Source: Octopus sinensis
Lineage: Eukaryota
Direction: 5' to 3'
DNA: 64,000 nucleotides
Assembly (NCBI RefSeq): GCF_006345805.1
Contig: NC_043015.1
Location: forward strand, 45,756,001 to 45,820,000
Under the pieces are notes generated by a model, which did no database searches, was not told the origin of the DNA, and saw nothing but the letters and a program-made list of their open reading frames with translations. Positions 10,988 to 22,946 of this stretch are shown piece by piece. The stretch's first letter is position 1. Each line of letters starts with the position of its first letter. Position numbers and translations under genes: made by a program.

Positions 10988-11989
10988 AGCTTTCATCTGT
11001 TCTATCACCAATCACCATCACCTTGCTACGCTGCCGTCTCTCTAAATTCCTACGACTGGTTTCCTGGTTATTGTATTATTTTAAAAAGACATTTCTTTTT
11101 TTTTTTACTGTCCGTCTGTCTCTCTCTCTCTCTCTTCTGTAATATCTGATAGACTCTTTTATTTTATTTTATTTATATTTTTTTTTCCTTTCAAAAAAAA
11201 AAAAGAACAACAAAACAAAACAAAACCAACAACAATCTCTGGTTCTCTCCATTCTCCTTCTTACCTGTGCCCCTTTCTCACTCTCTTACTCTCTCTCCCT
11301 TCCACTCGTTTTTTTTTTTTTTACCATTTGTTTATCTCTCTCTCTTTATTGTCCACCACCACAACCACCACCACCACTATATCACCACCACCACCAGCTG
11401 TCTGACTGTAAAACTCCCCCTCCCCCCAGCCCACTTCCGAACCATTTTATTATTTTTTTTTTTGTTTTTTCAAAAAACATGACTGGGTAATATAGTTTAA
11501 TCGAATGTGGATCTGCTGTTCTGTTCTGTGTCTAAAGCCATACCAGCATAACATAAACATCCGTAAACATACCAACATACATACATACCTTACATACATA
11601 GACCCAACTCCTTGATCCTTTTTTTTTGTTATTGATCAATCATATCAACCAATTATCAAATTAATGTTTAACTGAAAAGAAAAAAAAAAACAATAAATAA
11701 ATCTATGTAATTATTTAAATAAACAAACGAAGTCCCAGATTTGATCCGTTAAATCCTTCCCTCTTTCTAGATGTCATATTATTATTACAACTACTATTGC
11801 TACATTTTTAAAAGAAATCATCCTGATTATTATTATTATTATTATATTTTATTAATAATGATTTATAAAGATTGACGTAAACTCTTCACGAAGGTAAATA
11901 GACAATAAGAAGGGTGTGATGTGATTTGTACACAGATTGTTTACTTAACGTTTTGAATAATACCTGTTGGAATATTGTTCAAACCATCA

Positions 11990-11995
11990 AATAAA
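11990..11995 (+). promoter_or_regulatory. Candidate polyadenylation signal of RSF1 (3' UTR ~1 kb)
   Basis: AATAAA followed by a U-rich downstream tract, just before the first downstream SINE. Other AATAAA hexamers occur near 11690-11720. Confidence 0.4.
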
Positions 11996-12383
11996 CAATC
12001 TTTATCACAAATTGCATCGCGATCTTCTTCTTGTCTTTTTTATTATTATTGTTGTTATTGCAGTGGGCTTGCAGAACCAGTAGCTGGACGAAATGCTTAG
12101 CGGCATTTCTTATGGTTTTATATATTCCTAAGTTCAAAATCTCTGCAGGTTGGACTTAGTCTTTCATATTTTCAGGTTCGACGAAATACAGTACCAGTTG
12201 AGTACTAGAGTTGATGTAATTGACAAGCGGTCTCCCTACAGAAGAATTTCAGGCTTTTGTGTCTGTAGTAGAAAGTACAAATATATGAAGCCCAATATAC
12301 CCATCACGACCACCTGTCTGATAAGGGTATACAAGGCACATGCATCACAACTGTATGTGCATGACATGGTGATCTTATATTAA

Positions 12384-13459
12384 CCCTTTCGTTACTATAT
12401 TTCTGACCAAAATACACCCCTTATGTGTTTCAATTAATTTCTAACATAATCATAAATTTAGTCTGGTTTCATTAAACAACTATAACTTTTTTATTTATCA
12501 ATATATTAATGTGATTTTTGGAAGATAATTTAATGAAATGTTCTCAACCAATTCTATACTATAATTTTTGTCACAAAGTGACTCTAATTGCAGGTAGATA
12601 CAGGTAAATTCAACAAAATATAAAATTATTAAAATTTTGTTCAAACATCGCTATAGAAAATGGGTTATTAGCTAATATTCAATTGGGTATACAACAAAAT
12701 TTTACGATAGAATGTTATTCTGGGTAACTTTCTGATACCCATAATAATATTTATGGCAAAATAGTCTTAATTTCATTTAAGGTTGTGGGAAACCACTAAC
12801 TATTTTTTCTTTTGCTTTGTTTACATTTAGCGTAACGGTTCGTTTCCGCCGTAATGAGTTCAAATAGACTTATCGGAAAAAGTAAAAAGAAATAGTCTAT
12901 CACTTTACTCTCCTGGGAAAGTCTGTGGCTTGGTCCAGTTTCTTCAGAAAAATCACCGAAAGAAACAGTTTTTAAATTTTCACTCCATTCAGGTGCCAAT
13001 TCATTTTCTTTATCGCTGTCGGAGCTCTCGGATTCACTGTTTTCACTTTCGGAAAATGAAACATCGGATTCATTATCAAATACCACGTGCTTTTTTTTTT
13101 TCAGTCATAGAGTTAGATTTATCAAGGTCTTCAGTAGAAAATCCTTCGAATTCTGACTCGTTGCTTGATATAATGAAATTCGTATCCATTTTTTGTCAGA
13201 ATTACAAATTTTGAAAACACAATAGGAACAAATTTTGGAAAAAAATCTCCCATAATTCACGGAATTAAAATTACACTTCGATCGTTGTACAAAACTGTAG
13301 ATGAACTGTTTACGAAGTATAATCACATGTTTTCACGAATGTACTAAAGAGATTTGCTCTGATATTCTCATTTAAATATGAATAGGTAAATATGGGCGGT
13401 TTGGTCACATTAACCAAAATTTTTTTCGGGTGGCTTTGGGCAGTTTGGTAACGAAAGGG
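12384..13459 (-). mobile_element. Non-autonomous piggyBac with N-terminal transposase remnant
   Basis: TTAA at 12380-83 and 13460-63; TIR CCCTTTCGTTAC / GTAACGAAAGGG. Minus ORF from ATG 13189 (one poly-A frameshift) gives MDTNFIISSNESEFEGFS...FSEETGPSHRL...DYFFLLFPISLFELITAETNRYA, a typical PGBD N-terminal motif. Confidence 0.88.
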
Positions 13460-13532
13460 TTAAGATAAACTGCACATGACCTTGCAGGAGGGGTCCCAGT
13501 TAAATTTCTTCTCGTCTCAACACATTGCTTAA

Positions 13533-13752
13533 CCCTTTCGTTACCAACCTGGCTGAAACCAGCTCTGGCTTTGAGTACAAATGTCTTGTTTTCATGAGTT
13601 TTGAATTAAAATCTTCCACCAAACCTTAGTCACAGTTTATGTTCCTAACACTAGTTGAATGATAACTAAGTTATTTTACTAAATTCTTTGTTGTATTTAA
13701 AGTAATTGAAAGAAAGACCGAGCATCTCAACAGAAATACAGTAACAAAAGGG
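13533..13752. mobile_element. TTAA MITE sharing the piggyBac TIR (family 1)
   Basis: TTAA|CCCTTTCGTTACC ... GTAACAAAAGGG|TTAA. Reverse-complement copy at 56754-56974. Confidence 0.85.
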
Positions 13753-14039
13753 TTAAAGTGATTTACTATGAGTAAATGAAAGTCTCTCTATGCTGTCACT
13801 TGACTGGCATGCTAGAATTAGCAGCCAGGCCTCCCTCAGACCATATCTCCATTTTGAATATAGAATCATATAGCTGCAGGCATGGCTCTGTGGTTAATAA
13901 GTTTGCTTTCCAACCACATGGTTTTGGGTTCAGTCCCATTGTGTGGAACCTTGGGCAAATATCTTCTACTATAGCTCCAGGCCAACCAAAGTTTTGTGAG
14001 TGGATTCGGTAGATGGAAACTGAAAGAAGCCTGTCATTT

Positions 14040-14112
14040 GTGTCTGTATGTATGTGGGTATATATATATGTGTGTATATATGTATGTATGTGTGTGTGTA
14101 TGTATGTATATA

Positions 14113-14167
<55 letters not shown>

Positions 14168-14236
14168 GTATGTGTGTATATGTCTATGTATGTGTGTGCG
14201 TGTATATGTATGTATGTGTGTGTATGTATGTATATA

Positions 14237-14291
<55 letters not shown>

Positions 14292-14352
14292 GTATGTGTG
14301 TATATGTCTATGTATGTGTGTGCGTGTATATGTATGTATGTGTGTGTGTATG
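14040..14352. repeat. Compound (TA)/(TG)/(TATG) microsatellite, internally duplicated, inside a SINE A
   Basis: Direct inspection; two near-identical ~130-bp microsatellite blocks in tandem. Confidence 0.85.
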
Positions 14353-14837
14353 CAAGGGGTCATGCAGTGGGATTGATCCTGGAACCATGTGGTTGGGAAG
14401 CAAACTTCTTACTACACAATTTCAACACACGAGGCTAAACAGGCAAGTATTTTCTCATGGTTAAGTGACAGGGCAGAGTCAAAGGTTACTTCTGAGGTAA
14501 CTTCAGGATTCTTTCTGTTTTACTCGTATTCTCCCCACACACTGTACGTTGTCCTTGCTGTGCCTTCTTAAAAGAAGGGAGGTAACTCTCTTACTATATC
14601 GCTGACATACCAGCAAGGGAAAGTTCTCTCTTTTACTCTTTTACTTGGTTCAGTCATTTGACTGCGGCCATGCTGGAGCATCGCCTTTAGTCCAGGAAAT
14701 CGACCCCCAGGACTTATTCTTTGTAAGCCTAATACTTATTCTATCGGTCTCTTTTGCCAAACCGCTAAGTTACGGGGACGTAAACACATCAACATCGGTT
14801 GTCAAGCGATGTTGTGGGGACAAACACAGACACATAA

Positions 14838-14868
<31 letters not shown>

Positions 14869-15065
14869 CATATATACGACGGGCTTCTTTCGATTTCCAT
14901 CTACCAAGTCCACTCACAAGGCTTTGGACGGCTCGAGGCTATAATAGAAGACACTTGCCCAAGGTGCCACGCAGTGGGACTGAACCCGGAACCATGTGGT
15001 TGGTAAGCAAGCTACTTGCCACACAGCCACTCCTGTATGTCTATGTTGGTGCCGAAACTACTAGA

Positions 15066-15245
15066 AATCATCAACATCATTTAACGTCTGCTTTTCATGC
15101 TGGCATGGGTTGAACGAATGACAGGTCTGGCAAACCAGATGGCTGCACCAGGCTCCAATCTTGATCTGGCAGAGTTTCTACAGCTGGATGCCCTTCCTAA
15201 CACCAACCACTCTGAGAGTGTAGTGGGTGCTTTTACGTGCCACGA
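15066..15245 (-). mobile_element. SINE family D ((ATG)n tail, ggaagggcatccagctgtagaaac core)
   Basis: catcatcatcgtttaacgtc..ccatgctagcatgggttggacgg..ctggatgcccttcctaacgccaaccactc. Copies at 15845-16110, 27503-27720, 43934-44275, 45775-46090, 48670-48915, 49141-49390, 49455-49945(+), 51490-51600(+). Confidence 0.85.
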
Positions 15246-16175
15246 AAATTTCTGCGAATTATATTCTACTGTTTTGTTAAAGAAAGCAGGAAATAATGGA
15301 TAACATTAGCTCTATATGTTGATGTTAGTCTGGAAATGGTAAAAAAGAAACAAAACAAAACAAAAGAACTACTGGATGATCATAGCTGGAATGCTTTTGA
15401 TTGTAGGTCTTGCCCAATTAGGGCTAACTTGGGATTGGACAACTACACAGTTTAGAAATCAATGGAAATAAAAGCATTGAGCTACAAAAAACACAAAAAA
15501 AGAGAATACATATTACAAAAAAATACAATATATTTGTTCCAGTTGCCTGAGAATGTCTGAATTTTATGAAGTAATCCTTAATTGCATTATTATCGGTATT
15601 GTCTAATGTCCACTTTTCCATGTTTGCATGGGTCAGATTGAATTTAGCGAGGCAGGTTTTCTATGACTGGATGCTCTTCCTGTTGCTAATCCTCACCTGT
15701 TTCCAAGCTAGGTAAAGACTGGAAGCGAACAGCACGGCTGGTATGAGAGTGGTGCTCATTTACAATCATCACATGCTGCCAAGACAAGCATACACACAAA
15801 TACATGTACACATACATATACGCATATATATATATATATATATGTCATCATCATCGTTTAACGTCCGTTTTCCATGATAGCATGGGTTGGATGGTTCAAC
15901 TGGGGTCTGGGAAGCCAGAAGGCTGTGCTGGGCCCAGTCTGATCTGGCAGTGTTTCTACGGCTGGATGCCCTCCGTTAGTGTAGTGGGTGCAAACGGCCA
16001 CGATCGGATGGTGCTTTTTACGTGCCACTGGCACAGGGACCAGGCGAGGCAGGCAACGGCCACGTTCGGATGGTTCTCTTATGTGCCATCAGCACTGGTA
16101 TCACAGCTACAATTTCCATTGATGTTCATCGATTTTGATTTTGATTTTCATTATATATATATATATGTATGTATA

Positions 16176-17110
16176 AAAATAATAATGAAATTATTGTATA
16201 CAGTGTTCAGGTGCACCACAACTTGTCAAAAAGTGCATATAAAGTATATGCAATAATGTACAAATGTCTGGAAAGCGAACAGTGTATGAGTCAGATACAT
16301 GCTTGCATGTGTATGGAGGGGAGAAAATCAGGTGTAGTGTTGGCGAATCTCAGAAAGCATGGAAGTTTTGAAGGATGCAGTGCTCCGACAACTAACAACT
16401 GATGCCGTCAGTTTGTTTCATGCTTCAGCAACTCTTAGCGTGAAAAAATGTTTCCTAAAGTCATGGGAGCTGTGCTGCTTTCTGACATTGTAAACATGTC
16501 CACAGGTGTTAGACAGATGAAGTTTGAAAAGGTGCTCAGAGTTATCGTTTGTAAGATGGTTAGTAATTTTATGGGTGTCTGTATATATATATATATATAT
16601 ATTACTTGTCAAAAGTGCGTATAAAGCCTATGCAGTAATGTACAAATGTCTGGAAAGTGAACAGTGTATGAGTCAGATACATGCTTGCGTGTGTATGGAG
16701 GGGAGAAAAATCAGGTGTAGTGTTGGCGAATCTCAGGAAGCATGGAAGTTTTGAAGGATGCAGTGCTCTGACAACTAACAACTGATGCTGGCAGTTTGTT
16801 CCATGCTTCAGCAACTCTTAGCATGAAAAAATGTTTCCTAAAGTCATGGAAGCTGTGTTGTTTTCTGACTTTGTAAACACGTCCACAGGTGTTAGACAGA
16901 TGAAGTTTGAAAAGGTGCTCAGAGTTATTGTTTGTAAGATGGTTAGTAATTTTATGGGTGTCTGCCAAGTCAGCTGCCAGATGTCGGAGTTTCAATGTGT
17001 CCATGCCCAGGGAAGTAAGGCGTTTAGAATATGGCAGATGTCTGATGGAGGGTATTCTCTTGGTTGCACGTTGCTGAATGACTTCCAGATGATTAATATC
17101 CTGGGCAAGA
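16176..17110 (-). mobile_element. Two tandem CR1-type LINE 3' ends
   Basis: Minus ORFs read ..KQHSFHDFRKHFFMLRVAEAWNKLPASVVSCQSTASFKTSMLPEIRQHYT*. Duplicated at 16176-16580 and 16605-17110. Confidence 0.85.
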
Positions 17111-17171
17111 TAGGGATTCCAGACCGAATGTTATATTTATATATGTATGTAATGTTATATATATATATATT

Positions 17172-17554
17172 ATGGCTGCCCCCTCGTTATCGAGTATGAC
17201 CATTGCATGAAGCTTAACTGTTACTGGTGCTGTGATCGAATGTGACTTTTTAGCCCAGCTAAAGATCTACAATGTCTTGTACAAAATTGGCAACTAAAAC
17301 CTTTACCAGTAATAGCCGGCTGTAGTTGTAACTGGGCTTCATGTACCTTTGCATGTCGTTTAAGTCCTCCTGCCGAATTACACTCTCTTCCACATGCCCG
17401 ACAGATATGATTAGTATGGTGTGTTACACCACCACCAGTGGCCAGGTTGTCACTCATCTGTCTCGTTTTATGACTACAAAGATGACTCGTGAGTCCAGCT
17501 TTACTGAGGCAGGGTCTTGCACAGACATTACATGTCAGAATCAAAGGAAGACCC
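17172..17554 (-). mobile_element. 383-bp LINE-tail element encoding three C2H2 zinc fingers (RTE-like 3' end)
   Basis: CNVCARPCLSKAGLTSHLCSH / CRACGRECNSAGGLKRHAKVH / CQFCTRHCRSLAGLKSHIRSQH*, then a short 3' UTR ending cgagggggcagccat plus a simple-repeat tail. Confidence 0.75.
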
Positions 17555-18889
17555 AAAGTAAACACATAAATGTGAAACAAAGTGGGAAAAAATAGTACTT
17601 GAATACCGGAGGTCGAGTCAGAAGTTTTTTGTGATGTTTTTGCAGTTTTAATAATAATAAAGTATATATAATATATATATGTAATGTTATAATATATACA
17701 TTATTGACTGGTTGATAATGTTTACAGCATATAGGCGCAGGAGTGGCTGTGTGGTAAGAAGTTTGCTAATCAACCACATGGTTCCGGGTTCAGTCCCACT
17801 GGGTGGTATCTTGGGCAAGTGTCTTCTGCTATAGCCTCGGGCGACCAAAGCCTTGTGAGTGGATTTGGTAGACGGAAACTGAAAGAAGCTTGTCGTATAT
17901 ATGTATATATATGTGTGTGTGTGTGTGTGTCTGTGTTTGTCCCCCTAGTATTGCTTGACAACCGATGCTGGTGTGTTTATGTCCCCGTTACTTAGCGGTT
18001 CGGCAAAAGAGACCAATAGAATAAGTACTGGGCTTACAAAAGAATAAGTCCCGGGGTTGAGTTGCTCGATTAAAGACAGTGCTCCAGCATGGCCGCAGTC
18101 AAATGACTGAAACAAGTAAAAGAGTATAATATATATATGTAATGTTATAATATATACATTACTGACCAGTTGATAATGTTTACAGCAGCAGCACTGGTTG
18201 TAATTCATAGTTGGGGTTAATCTCTTGGAAGCATTGTTGTGGCATGCCGGGCAAATGGGTTTTACACTATTTATATATCGGCATAGACTGGTTCGATTCT
18301 GGTATGTCATGTTGATATGACACAAAAATGTCAATGGGATTAGGAGTGGGTTGTTTTGCCTGTTTATGACTTGAGGTATTTTAACACCCAGCGCTTTGAG
18401 GGAGCCATCCCCACTGTGCCACTCTGCAGTATACTGGCAAACAGACAAAACATATGTGAAGAATCTGCAATTGATAATGTTTGTGCTACTTCTAAATTAT
18501 AAAATCCTTAAATCCTTCAAAATGTTTTAGCCCAAAGGCCGCGGCCATGCTGGGGCACCACCGCTGGAGTGAGAGAAAGTTGTGGCAAAAGAGTCAGCAG
18601 AAGTTCGCCATTACTCTCTGCCGGAGCCGTGTGGTGCTTAGGTGTTTTGCTCATAAATGCACACCTCGCCTGGTCTGAGATTCGAACCTGCGATCCCTTG
18701 ACTGCGAGTCCGCTACTCTAACCACTAGGCTATAAACGCACATACATACATACAAATGGCGGTGCCCCAGCATGTCCACAGTTCATGAGCTGAAACCAGT
18801 TCAATTCAATACATACACACATATGGCTGTTGAGACAAGGGAGGTAATCGTAATATGTGAAGCAAGATTAGAAATTTGGATTTGAAATC

Positions 18890-20216
18890 AAAGAATATGA
18901 CAAAGATACATATGATGTTCTTCTGCTTGTGTGGCATGGTGCAGAGTCCTGTTGCCAGACATAGGGTCTTCGAGCAGCCACCTTCTTGACCCAGAGCAGA
19001 ACTACCTCCTCCAGTCACTTGATGTAGGCCTCCGTGTAGAGTCTGAGATTGTGCGAGAAGATGAACGGAGGCATGACATCGCCATCACTAGTGATCACTC
19101 CAAACGCCATGATGTTGATGGGATACTCTTTTACTTGTTTCAGTCATTTGACTGTGGCCATGCTGGAGCACTGCCTTTAATCGAGCAACTCAACCCCGGG
19201 ACTTATTCTTTTGTAAGCCCAGTACTTATTCTATCCGTCTCTTTTGCCGAACTGCTAAGTAACGGGGACATAAACACACCAGCATCGGTTGTCAAGCAAT
19301 GCTAGGGGGACAAACACAGACACACACACGCATATATATATATATACATATATACGACGGGCTTCTTTCAGTTTCCGTCTACCAAATCCACTCACAAGGC
19401 TTTTGTTGGCTCGTGGCTATAGTAGGAGACACTTGCCTAAGGTGCCACGCAGTGGGACTGAACCCAGAACCATGTGGTTGGTAAACAAGCTACTTACCAC
19501 ACAGCCACTCCTGTTTGATTTTTATCATTCTCGGTACATGTTTTGGGGACATGGCAAGCCAACAGTTGTTCTGCGAGTTCATCATCTGATCCTGGCAGAA
19601 ATTTTTCTCATTTGAGAAAAACAAAAGCATATTTGGTAGGAGGGGTTGCTTGAGTTTGTTTAAAAACTTCACAATGCAGTCTTTCTTCTTGTCCTTGATG
19701 GCTTGGGATGAAAAATTGGCCCCTTCTCATCTTGTATGAGGGATACAGAATGTCTTCATGCACTACCTGCCTGATAAGGAACCCGGCCACCCCCATGTTC
19801 CTGGTGATGGGCCTGATTGACTTGGAGGGATCGTTGTCAGTCATGGCCTGGATCTCACCAACAAATTCAAGAGTTTTTTTTCTTATCAGAACGATCAGAA
19901 TGAGTTTTCTGAGCTGCCGTACCTTTGTAATCACCATTAAAACTGATCCAACTTTTTTTGAATTTTTTCATTGTCCTCAGATTGACACCTAAACACTCTG
20001 AAATGTTCATATTGGAGCTTCCAGCATGAACGCCAAGCAGTACAGCATGTCGCTGCCAAATTTCTCCCAGAGTGAATTGCGTCATGGTGCTCTTTTTCTC
20101 ACAGACAGTGCCCAACTGACCCTACTATACTGTGTAGTCAACAAAATAAAAAAAAACAAATGTGCATGAGTGAAATTAAAAATATAAAACGGAAACAATT
20201 TACCCATTGCATCCTG
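18890..20216 (-). pseudogene. Tc1/mariner (maT/DD37D-like) transposon remnant interrupted by SINE A
   Basis: TA|CAGGATGCAATGGG terminus at 20216. Frameshifted fragments: HTH region; FFSNEKNFCQDQMMNSQNN (first D mutated); then after the SINE at 19127-19514, PINIMAFGVITSDG...PYVWQQDSAPCHTS. Confidence 0.85.
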
Positions 20217-21821
20217 TATATATACACATACATACACACACAATGTAAATATTAAAATTGAGTTTAAGCTGTAATTTGACGGTAATTTTGAGTGTATTGA
20301 AGATAATGTCTTCTCCATTGGGATTGGACCACAAACTTGATGGATGGGAAAACTTGGTTACCATCACACTGGAGGGACAGCATTAATATTTGTTCATAGT
20401 AATTAAATGCTAATTATCTGTTTTGATATAGATTTTATTCTGTTTATTCTGGCAGACGTTAACCCTTTAGTGTTCAGATTACTCTGTTAAACGTAATACT
20501 TTTTCACTCAAATTGTTTTTAATTAATCCTGCATTATCTTATAGCTTTGAGGTTTCAATGATGTGATTGTTCATTTTTAGAATGTCATTGTAGGTTAGGT
20601 GTGAGAGGCCTGATCTGGTCAGTTTAAACATAAAATAGGTAGAAAACTTTGGCCGGATATGGCCAGTTTAAACACTGAAGGGTTAAACAATGATGATGAT
20701 GATGATGATGATTCTGAGCTATTAAGGATTTTTATTTTTGCAGAAAATGAGGGCAGGCAATAGCTATGTTGTGAAGTTGTTCTGTTTTGCAGCTATGTGT
20801 TTCTGGTGGATGACAACCACCCAACCCTGGATGTGGCTAAAAAGCCACAACAAAACCTGTTTGCCATTTTGGCAAGTCAGACCTGCATGACACCACAATT
20901 TGAATGGTACTGATGATCCTGTGTTGAAGGACTTAAGATTGAATACTACCCAGTTGATGCAGAAGGTGGGGAGGCCTCACATCAGTGAGTAAGGGGGGTG
21001 CATAGGTGCTGCAAAGCAGTTGAAGTGAAGGGCCCAAAGTGGTATGCATTCTCCCTGAACACCTCCACCCCCCACCTGCCGGAAATGTACTGGTGTCCAA
21101 TATGTGAAGTTCTTGATTGACAGCACTGGAACATACTCTTTTACTTGTTTCTGTCATTTGACTGCGGCCATGCTGGAGCACCGCCTTTAATTGAGCAACT
21201 CAACCCCGGGACTTATTCTTTTGTAAGCCCAGTACTTATTCTATCGGTCTCTTTGCCAAACCGCTAAGTAACGGGGACATAAACACACCAGCATCGGTTG
21301 TCAAGCAATGCTAGGGGGACAAACACAGACACACAAATACACACACGCATATATATATATATATATATACATATATACGACAGGCTTCTTTCAGTTTCCG
21401 TCTACCAAATCCACTCACAAGGCTTTGGTCGGCCCGAGGCTATAGTAGAAGACACTTGCCCAAGGTGCCACGTAGTGGGACTGAACCCGGAACCATGTGG
21501 TTGGTAAACAAGCTACTTACCACACTGCCACTCCTGCGCAAGTTGTTTGCAAGTCCCATATTGTTTTGTTTGCTTGTTTAATGCAAATTTTTCCATGTTT
21601 GCATAGCTGGGTCAGAAAGCTGGATTTTTATGGTTGGATGTACGATGCTAGTCACCAACCTTCAACTGTTTTACAGCTAAGGGTCTTTGTTTATTTTTGA
21701 AAAAATTTTATTCTACAGGTCTTCAAAAACACAGAGCAGTATGTCAGTAAGACATGTCAACATCTTTTCACTCAAAAAGTGTCAAGCAAAATGCCAACAG
21801 TCACGCAAATGTACTAGCATA

Positions 21822-22260
21822 TACATACACACACACACGCATACATACATACATACATACATACATACATACATACATACATACATACATACATACATAC
21901 ATACATACATACATACATACATACATACATACATACATACATACATACATACATACATACAACATACATACATATACATACATACATACAACATACATAC
22001 ATACATACATACATACATACATACATACATACATACATACATGCATACATGCATGCATACACACATGCATACACACATGCATACATACATACACACACAT
22101 ACATACAAACATACATACATATATACATACATACATACATATAAATATATACATACATACACACACACATACACACATACATACATACACATATATACAT
22201 ACACACATACATACATACACGTGTAGATACATACGTACATACATACATATATACATATTC
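21822..22260. repeat. (CATA)n microsatellite
   Basis: Direct inspection. Similar tracts at 32630-32980, 44740-45240 and 47050-47340. Confidence 0.95.
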
Positions 22261-22794
22261 TGTTATTCTTTTATTTGATTCAGTTATTTGACTGTGGCCA
22301 TACTGAAGCACTGCCTTTAGTTGAACAAATCAATCCCAGGACATATTCTTTGTAAGCCTAGTACTTATTCTATCAGTCTCTTTTGCCAAACCGCTAAGTT
22401 ACGGGGACATAAATACACTAACATTGGTTGTCAACACAGACACCCAAACATATGCATACACACACACACACATATATATATAATATCAAAGGGTAAAATT
22501 AATTAATTAAGAAGTAATCAATAATTTCACCAAGTAGAATTCGGTATGAAAAAGGGACCATTTCAGAGTAAACTTAAGTAATACTTGATAATTAGGGTTC
22601 AGCAAAAATTTGCTTTACCACATACTGAAGTTTAGAAATAGCGGCCAAAACGTTAGCTATTTCTTCTACTTTAAAAAGGGACTCCCAGAGAAACCAAGCT
22701 AAGGTTTTGGCTGCTATTTCTAAACTTTGGTATGTGCTAAAGCAAATCTTTGCTGAACTCTAATTATTAAGTATATATATATATATATATAAAT

Positions 22795-22946
22795 ATTATT
22801 GGTGAATTGAAGAAATGGAGCTGAACGCAGATTGAACAGAAATCGTTTTATTTCATTCTACACGCCTTTCGAAACACGTGTAGAATGAAATAAAACGATT
22901 TCTGTTCAATCTGCGTTCAGCTCCATTTCTTCAATTCACCAATAAT
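22795..22946. repeat. Perfect inverted repeat, 70-bp arms with 12-bp spacer
   Basis: 22795-22864 is the exact reverse complement of 22877-22946 (checked base by base). Confidence 0.95.

Noticed and set aside
15424-15621. Minus ORF with a transmembrane-like stretch
   Set aside because: The hydrophobicity comes from a T-rich tract; there is no good in-phase acceptor and no homology.
20805-20907. Possible plus-strand exon YVFLVDDNHPTLDVAKK...
   Set aside because: It has AG/GT boundaries, but there are no partner exons or recognisable homology; this is expected by chance.
21687-22311. Numerous His/Thr/Tyr/Ile- or Met/Tyr/Val/Cys-rich ORFs (also at 14000, 32500, 36000, 44700, 47050, 62900)
   Set aside because: They are translations of (CATA)n/(CA)n/(TA)n microsatellites.
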